Shown piece after piece: positions 38,866 to 44,740 of a DNA stretch of 44,740 nt (the first letter of the stretch is position 1; each line of letters begins with the position of its first letter). The DNA comes from Candidatus Moraniibacteriota bacterium (GTDB lineage Bacteria > Patescibacteriota > Minisyncoccia > Moranbacterales > UBA1568): positions 1-44,740 of the forward strand of contig CAIOMK010000022.1 of NCBI GenBank assembly GCA_903859375.1, read 5' to 3'. The notes beneath the pieces were generated by a model. That model was not told where the DNA came from. It ran no database searches and saw only the letters and a list, made by a program, of their open reading frames with translations. The position numbers were made by a program, and so were the translations under genes.

Positions 38866-39138
38866 TCAAAGAATCACGAAACCGTCATCCGCGACCGTGG
38901 AGAGCGATTCGATCACGATGCGTTCCACAACCGCGCGACTCGGACCCTGCTTCGCCCATTCGACAAATGAATCCACAGCCGTGCGACCGCCTTCGACTTC
39001 GATGACCACGCTACCATCCGGTTCGTTTCGTACGAACCCGGACACGCCGATTTTCCCCGCTTCCTGCTCCGCCGAAGCACGGAAAAATACACCCTGCACC
39101 CGACCATATATGCGTAATCGTAAGCGTATCGTGTCCAT
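38866..39138 (-). CDS. acyP: Acylphosphatase
   Basis: GRVQGVFFR, GFVRNEPDGSV, GP..A.V. Confidence 0.95.
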   Translation of the reverse strand: MDTIRLRLRIYGRVQGVFFRASAEQEAGKIGVSGFVRNEPDGSVVIEVEGGRTAVDSFVEWAKQGPSRAVVERIVIESLSTVADDGFVIL

Positions 39139-39167
39139 GTTTCCATTATACTCCATTTTTCATTGCC

Positions 39168-39196
39168 AAAAACCCCGCCTATCAAGCGGGGTTTTT
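39168..39196. terminator. Intrinsic terminator after glmS copy 2
   Basis: aaaaaccccgc-loop-gcggggttttt. Confidence 0.8.
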
Positions 39197-39226
39197 CTGG
39201 TTTTTCCGTTTTCAGCCGAAAAGCGA

Positions 39227-41071
39227 TTATTCCACTGTCACGGACTTGGCGAGGTTGCGCGGACGATCCACGTCATGGCCGAGCGTCACGGCCGTATAAT
39301 ACGCGATCAATTGCAACGGTATGACAGCGAGCAATGCCACGACAAATTCGTCGGCGACCGGCACCTCAACAAAGCGATCCGCCAATGCCGCCGTCGCCAT
39401 ATCCCCTTCCGTCACGATGGCGATCACTCTCGCCTTGCGCGCCTTCATCTCCTGTATGCTCCCGACTATCTTGTCACGAATCTCGCCGTCCGGTGCGACC
39501 GCGATGACCGGCGTCCCGTCTTCGATGAGCGCTATCGGGCCATGTTTCATCTCGCCGGCCGGATATGCTTCGGCGTGGACATAGGAGATTTCCTTGAGCT
39601 TGAGCGCACCCTCGAGCGCGACGGGATAGCAGACACCGCGACCGAGATAGAACGCGTCGCTTGACCTCGAGATTTCAACCGCGATTTCACGACACTCGTT
39701 TTGTTTCGTGAGCGCTCTCTTGACCTTCTCCGGTATGGCGAACAACTCCTTACCGAGTCGGATCAGTTCTTCGTCCGACAACATCTTGCGTCTCTTCGCG
39801 AGTGCGAGTGTGATGAGTGAGAGCACGGTCACCTGCGCGGTGAACGCCTTGGTCGACGCGACGCCGATCTCGGGACCCGCATGCGTGTAGATACCCGCCG
39901 CCGTCTCACGCGCGATAGACGAACCGACGACATTGCAGATGCCGAGCACGGTCGCGCCGGCCTCCTTGGCGAGCCGGATCGCGGCAAGCGTGTCGGCGGT
40001 CTCACCGGACTGCGATACCGCAAACACGAAGTCCTTCTTCCGTATGAGCGGACGCCGGTACCGGAACTCGGATGCGTAATCCACCTCGACCGGTATGCCC
40101 GCATACCGCTCTATCAGATACTCTCCGAGGATCGCGGCATAAAACGACGTCCCGCACGCCACGAATATGATACGTTCCGCCTCCGCCAAACGATCGATAT
40201 GATCGGCTATCCCGTTGAGCCGTACCTCGCCCGTCTCGGGATCGAGCCGGCCACGCATGCTGTCGAGGATGGTCTCCGGCTGTTCGAAGATTTCCTTTTC
40301 CATGAAGTGGGCGAACCCGTTCTTGCCGATAGCCTCGAGTTCCGCCTCGATTTCCATGACGATCGGATACCGTTCGTCGTGCCCGTTGATAGAGGACACG
40401 TAGAATTCCTCATTCCGCCTCAGCACCGCCATCTCCCCTTCCTCAAGATAGACGACCCGGCGTGTATGCTCCGCGACGGCGGTCGCATCGGAAGCGATGA
40501 AAAATTCTCCGTCACCGATGCCGACCACGAGAGGACTTCCTTTGCGCGCGACCACGACGGTATCCGGATCACCGGTCGATATCGCCACGATGGCATATGC
40601 GCCCACGACCTCGCGGAGCGCGAGTCTGACCGCCTCCGGAAATGTGGTGCCGGTCCTCTCACAGATATGTTCGATAAGGTGTGCGACCGCCTCGGTGTCG
40701 GTATCGCTTACAAACCGATATCCGTGCCGTCCGAGATCCTCGCGCAGTTCGCGATAATTCTCGATGATGCCGTTGTGCACGACCGCGACCGTACCGCATT
40801 GGGAAAGATGCGGATGCGAGTTTCGATCACTCGGCTCACCGTGCGTCGCCCACCGCGTATGGCCGATACCGATCGTCCCCGAGATGTCTTTCCCTTCGGC
40901 GAACGAGGCGAGGTCCGCCACTTTGCCCTGCCGTTTATACAGCCGGATATCCTTCCTCCCTCCGAGCGCCACTCCGGCGCTGTCGTACCCGCGATACTCG
41001 AGTCGTGACAATCCTCCCATAAGGATCGGGTATGCCTCCTTTTTTCCGATATAGCCGACTATGCCACACAT
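39227..41071 (-). CDS. glmS: Glutamine--fructose-6-phosphate aminotransferase, copy 2
   Basis: Same motifs as copy 1, also 614 aa. Confidence 0.98.
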   Translation of the reverse strand: MCGIVGYIGKKEAYPILMGGLSRLEYRGYDSAGVALGGRKDIRLYKRQGKVADLASFAEGKDISGTIGIGHTRWATHGEPSDRNSHPHLSQCGTVAVVHNGIIENYRELREDLGRHGYRFVSDTDTEAVAHLIEHICERTGTTFPEAVRLALREVVGAYAIVAISTGDPDTVVVARKGSPLVVGIGDGEFFIASDATAVAEHTRRVVYLEEGEMAVLRRNEEFYVSSINGHDERYPIVMEIEAELEAIGKNGFAHFMEKEIFEQPETILDSMRGRLDPETGEVRLNGIADHIDRLAEAERIIFVACGTSFYAAILGEYLIERYAGIPVEVDYASEFRYRRPLIRKKDFVFAVSQSGETADTLAAIRLAKEAGATVLGICNVVGSSIARETAAGIYTHAGPEIGVASTKAFTAQVTVLSLITLALAKRRKMLSDEELIRLGKELFAIPEKVKRALTKQNECREIAVEISRSSDAFYLGRGVCYPVALEGALKLKEISYVHAEAYPAGEMKHGPIALIEDGTPVIAVAPDGEIRDKIVGSIQEMKARKARVIAIVTEGDMATAALADRFVEVPVADEFVVALLAVIPLQLIAYYTAVTLGHDVDRPRNLAKSVTVE

Positions 41072-41518
41072 ATGTTTATCATTATCGATTTATTTTCCGG
41101 CGTCGTTACAGTGGTCCGTCGTGCGCAAGCGGGACATTCGATTCCGACCGACTCGCGATTCCGTTTCTTTCTCCGGGAATCACGTTTCCGTCCGGATCGT
41201 TTTGTGCCTCGTACGGACTGTTTTCAATGACCACCATTAGCCATCAGGCTCGAACAACCGAAAGAACGGCCGTTCGGAACCATAAAAAAAACCGATGACA
41301 ACAAAGCAGTCGATCTGCCTGTTTATCATCGATTTTCTTACCGTCACGATCTCATTGGATACTATCATACCGTTGTATGCCCATACCCGGAGATGATCAC
41401 ACGCGCACGTGCCGAGATCGCCTACCGGAAACGGTCATTTTTTATAAGTCCGAACCACCTTTTCACTGTTTCACCCTCGGAAGTATACACTCTTTTCGAG
41501 AGATGGAAAACGGTTTTG

Positions 41519-42316
41519 TCAAGAGACGTCATGCAGGACAATCCCGACCGGACAATGGTCGGAACCCCCGACATCGGGAAGAATGAACGCGTCTTTCACC
41601 GAAGCGCGGAGGGAATCACTCACGAAGAAGTAATCAAGCCTCCACCCGACGTTGCGCTCCCGTGCCCGGGTCTTCATATCCCACCACGTGTATGCGACTT
41701 CCTCCGGATGTGCCGACCGGAACGTGTCGACGAAGCCTGCAGGCGCAAGCGTGTCCATCCAGTCGCGCTCAATGCGAAGGAATCCGGTATGCCGCTCATT
41801 CTCCTTCGGTCGGGCGAGGTCAATCTCATCGTGTGCGGTGTTCACGTCCCCACAGAAGACGACCCGCTTGCCCTCCGATACCAAAGAGCGGACATGAGAG
41901 AGAAACTCGTCGTAGAAGCGAAGTTTGAACCGTAATCGGTCCTCGCTTGCCCCGCCGTTCGGGAAATAGATGTTGAGCAGGACAAATCCCGGGAATTCCA
42001 TCTCGATCACGCGCCCCTCCGTCGAGAGGAGTGAATCGTCGCCGAAATGCGTCCGAACGGATCGAGGTTCCTCTTTGGTATAGATCGCCGTCCCGCTGTA
42101 TCCCTTGCGCTCAGTCGCACAATGAAAATATCCCATATACCCGTCCGGCCCCTGGAGTTCGTCCGGAAGCTGATCGACGTTCTGGAGCTTGGTCTCCTGA
42201 AGACAGACGATGTCGTGGTCCCCTGCGCCGATCCACTCCGAAAAACCCTTGCGTCCGGCGGCGCGCAGGCCGTTCACGTTCCATGAGACGATGGTGATGT
42301 CGCGGTGTTTCATCAT
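41519..42316 (-). CDS. xth: Exodeoxyribonuclease III / AP endonuclease
   Basis: SWNVNGLRA, CLQETK, GYSG, YFPNG, GDVN.AH, GWRLDY, SDHCP. Confidence 0.97.
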   Translation of the reverse strand: MMKHRDITIVSWNVNGLRAAGRKGFSEWIGAGDHDIVCLQETKLQNVDQLPDELQGPDGYMGYFHCATERKGYSGTAIYTKEEPRSVRTHFGDDSLLSTEGRVIEMEFPGFVLLNIYFPNGGASEDRLRFKLRFYDEFLSHVRSLVSEGKRVVFCGDVNTAHDEIDLARPKENERHTGFLRIERDWMDTLAPAGFVDTFRSAHPEEVAYTWWDMKTRARERNVGWRLDYFFVSDSLRASVKDAFILPDVGGSDHCPVGIVLHDVS

Positions 42317-42375
42317 AATGATTCCATGGTAGCCGTTTAGGGCCGAAATGAAAAGACCGCCGTTTCACGCATAAT

Positions 42376-42404
42376 AAAAAGCAGGGGATATTCTCCCCTG
42401 CTTT
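42376..42404 (-). terminator. Intrinsic terminator
   Basis: aaagcagggga/tcccctgcttt stem with U-run. Confidence 0.75.
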
Positions 42405-42420
42405 GACTGCGATTTCTTCA

Positions 42421-42702
42421 CTACTGCGGCATATTGATGAGGAGACCGGCCAAGGACGGGCCGTCCTGATGTTTCAGAAAGTAAATCCCCCATACCGATA
42501 CGAGATGCAGTATCCCGAGATAGACGGCAATCAGCCCACGATGACTCACATGCCAATATTCCCTGTGGCTGAAACAGACGGCGATGACCACCGAGAGGGT
42601 GGCGAATGAAGATACGACCAGCGCCGTAACGGGCCAGGAGTATCCGATTGGCACACCGAGGAACACCATCATGGCCAGAAAAAACATTGCGAAATATTCC
42701 AT
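42421..42702 (-). CDS. Small membrane protein (about 3 TM)
   Basis: AAGGAG SD, hydrophobic segments, terminator downstream. Confidence 0.65.
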   Translation of the reverse strand: MEYFAMFFLAMMVFLGVPIGYSWPVTALVVSSFATLSVVIAVCFSHREYWHVSHRGLIAVYLGILHLVSVWGIYFLKHQDGPSLAGLLINMPQ

Positions 42703-42777
42703 TGTAACTCTCCTTGTTTGGGGGTTGAAAAAAAGAGTATGTCGGAAACGCGCGATTGTCCGGCGTCGGTTTTCGAA

Positions 42778-43050
42778 TCAGGATGTCATATATATGAGCA
42801 ACCCTATCGAAAATATCGAGGCGACCAGATACATCACTAACATCTCCACGCTGACCTTGAACAGGATTGCGTTCTCGACAGGTCCGATATCATCGACGTA
42901 CCTGCGTGTCAGCCACCACAGGAACGAAAAACAGATGACGGCGGCGCATGTGGCCGAGGACAGGATTGCGAGCGGGATCAATGGGATCCTTGGATCGATC
43001 GATTTTCCAACCACGACAGCTGGAAATACAATACCGAGTATGTCTGTCAT
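42778..43050 (-). CDS. Small membrane protein
   Basis: AAGGAG SD before MTDILGIV, hydrophobic segments. Confidence 0.6.
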   Translation of the reverse strand: MTDILGIVFPAVVVGKSIDPRIPLIPLAILSSATCAAVICFSFLWWLTRRYVDDIGPVENAILFKVSVEMLVMYLVASIFSIGLLIYMTS

Positions 43051-43221
43051 TTCGCTCCTTTGGTTTGTCGTTGACCGATATATGATTGGTAAAAAACCAT
43101 CCCGACATTCTACACGCATCCGGAGCGTTGTCAATCGGCCGGACATGGGAACGCTTCCATAAAAAACGGGAGATTTCTCTCCCGATTGTTGCCCGTTCCC
43201 GTTTCGGAAACCATAGGCCGG

Positions 43222-43527
43222 TCAAAACGGCGCATACCGACCGACATATTCCGCCAGTCGCCGCAGAAAATCTGGCGTAAGAGCATGGGAGGCGAAGAAC
43301 ACCGCCCATATCATCACGATATCGAAGATACCGAGCGTGATCGCCGACCTTCCCCCGAACGAATTCACCCCGTCGACCTCGATTCTGTATATGAACATCG
43401 CGGACAAGACGACGAGGACGGTAAGCCCCAAGAGCCATACGGGCGAGAGCAACCCTCCTGCGAACGGACCAGCTGCCGCTGAGACAAGAAGAATGACCAC
43501 TCCGAGTGATTCCATGAAATCCTTCAT
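43222..43527 (-). CDS. Small membrane protein (about 3 TM)
   Basis: AGGAGG SD, hairpin at 43161-43185 downstream. Confidence 0.65.
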   Translation of the reverse strand: MKDFMESLGVVILLVSAAAGPFAGGLLSPVWLLGLTVLVVLSAMFIYRIEVDGVNSFGGRSAITLGIFDIVMIWAVFFASHALTPDFLRRLAEYVGRYAPF

Positions 43528-43603
43528 GATTCCTCCTCTTTGTTTCGGTGATTAATGAACTATACCCGTATTGTAGGTCATGCCGAACCGATGTCAAACA
43601 TCG

Positions 43604-43630
43604 AAAAACGGGAGACCGTTCTCCCGTTTC
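43604..43630 (-). terminator. Intrinsic terminator after the ferritin-like gene
   Basis: aaacgggaga/tctcccgttt stem. Confidence 0.75.
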
Positions 43631-43657
43631 CGAATGTTCCGGATATGCCGCGATCCC

Positions 43658-44080
43658 CTATCGTCCGAGCGAACTGGTCAGATCGCGACGATGTTCCTCC
43701 TCCATCATGAGGATGTCCTCGAGCAGTCGGCGCACGCCGTATTCACCGAGTGATTCCGCCTGGGAGATACGTTCCTTGTACCGCGCGATGGCGCCTTCCT
43801 CTCCGGCGAGATCCTGTTCGAGCATCTCCTTGGAATCCGAAGAGACATGACGCTCCGACACATCGGTTCCGGGAACACCGCCCAAATCGCAGATGATATT
43901 CGACAGTGAGACCGCATGCATCATCTCCTCGTTGGAGTGGATGATAAGTTCTTTCCCGATGGCATCGTATTCCGGTCCCGTCACGGCTGCGGCATGCTGG
44001 ACATATTGCACCGCCGCACCGAACTCGTCCGCGAGGTCCCGGTTCAGCTCCGAGATAAACGCTTCCTTGGTGATTGCCAT
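43658..44080 (-). CDS. Ferritin/bacterioferritin-like di-iron protein
   Basis: LNRDLADE..A..QY, EEMMHA, LGG.P, EEGAIARY, EEEH. Confidence 0.9.
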   Translation of the reverse strand: MAITKEAFISELNRDLADEFGAAVQYVQHAAAVTGPEYDAIGKELIIHSNEEMMHAVSLSNIICDLGGVPGTDVSERHVSSDSKEMLEQDLAGEEGAIARYKERISQAESLGEYGVRRLLEDILMMEEEHRRDLTSSLGR

Positions 44081-44145
44081 ATGTTTTTCCCCAATGATTA
44101 TGGCCCTATTATATCACACCCGTCCCGCCGATCCGGCCGGAAAAG

Positions 44146-44180
44146 AAAAAAGACGGGAAACATTACGCTTCCCGTCTCTT
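44146..44180 (-). terminator. Intrinsic terminator
   Basis: agacgggaa/ttcccgtct stem plus U-run. Confidence 0.65.
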
Positions 44181-44214
44181 ATACCGTCAATCTATGCATC
44201 ATTCACCATTCGAT

Positions 44215-44469
44215 TCATTTCACTGAAAACCTGCCTTCAAGGATTCTTTTCCATCCGTCTCTCGACTGGAAAAATATTCTCGCACACCAGAGCAGACAGA
44301 CACACTGTATCAACCAAGACACGAAAGCGCCGAGATCGAACACCATACCTCCCGCCTGAACGAAGTACAGCGGTACGAACAACACGGAACACCACAGGGC
44401 CGACCAACCAAGCATATGATTTATCACCATCTGTCTTTTCGGACACATTTTGCATTTTTTTTCTTCCAT
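44215..44469 (-). CDS. Small membrane protein (2 TM, N-terminal CxxC)
   Basis: AAGGAG SD, MEEKKCKMC start, terminator downstream. Confidence 0.55.
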   Translation of the reverse strand: MEEKKCKMCPKRQMVINHMLGWSALWCSVLFVPLYFVQAGGMVFDLGAFVSWLIQCVCLLWCARIFFQSRDGWKRILEGRFSVK

Positions 44470-44601
44470 CGGCAATCATCTCCTTTTATAGATTTTTAGG
44501 TTGTTAACAAACATCCCTTCAGGCGCGTATGACCATCATACCCGCTTGCGACGGATTGTACGGAAGAGCCGTCAGACTGTCAAATCCGGCACCGGACGCT
44601 C

Positions 44602-44740
44602 TGTTTTAGGAACACACATTTGGCGGATTGATTAATTCGAATTCTTTCAAATATTCGTTCGGACTTTTCCCGTCCAATCCGCAGTGTTCAAGATCATTGT
44701 AGTACATATTCCACCGTCTCATCTTTCTTTGCAAGTCCCG
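44602..44740 (-). mobile_element. Right end of a second IS481-family isoform (transposase 3' end at 44606-44740), truncated by the window edge
   Basis: Reverse complement aligns to 30274-30412 with 13 mismatches in 139 bp (hand count). Encodes ..WNMYYNDLEHCGLDGKSPNE..*. Confidence 0.93.

Noticed and set aside
32971-41008. Long plus-strand ORFs opposite pepA, rarA and glmS (and ftsI)
   Set aside because: Antisense shadows of GC-rich coding genes with no recognisable motifs.
41072-41518. glmS ribozyme upstream of glmS copy 2
   Set aside because: The AGCGCC...GACGAGG core was not found on the minus strand. Only an imperfect hairpin near 41287-41336 is visible. An Rfam scan would settle it.
42376-44500. 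Integron cassette array
   Set aside because: The hairpins look like ordinary terminators without attC RYYYAAC/GTTRRRY ends, and there is no integrase.

Overview
A 44.7-kb segment with almost every gene on the minus strand. It looks like a Patescibacteria/CPR (Parcubacteria, Moranbacteria-like) chromosome; this is inferred from the minimal dcw cluster, the DUF4012/DUF475 genes and core genes lacking Shine-Dalgarno sites. Both ends fall inside repeats, so it may be a whole contig. In order it holds: a large surface protein (Ig-like domains, TM hairpin with internal signal-peptide-like segment, thrombospondin-1 repeat) whose 3' end is duplicated upstream, plus a short paralogue; lepA; a murJ-DUF4012-GT4-galU-rmlADBC envelope block with glyA and DUF475 interleaved; khpA; mraZ-rsmH-ftsL-ftsI-murF; an IS481-family element at the stop codon of an alkD-like gene; an MFS transporter, pepA and rarA; two full-length glmS paralogues around tsaC and acyP; xth; a ferritin-like gene; small orphan membrane genes; and the end of a second IS481 isoform. 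The most unusual signal is a strand-biased repeat system. Three long arrays are built combinatorially from a few ACT-initiated units (ACTTTCG, ACTTTCA, ACTTTTC, ACTTGTG, ACTATTCTYCG) around the dcw genes. Related heptamer, hexamer and hairpin motifs recur after other stop codons and in-frame inside alkD and probably lepA. No RT, cas gene, tRNA or rRNA was recognised.
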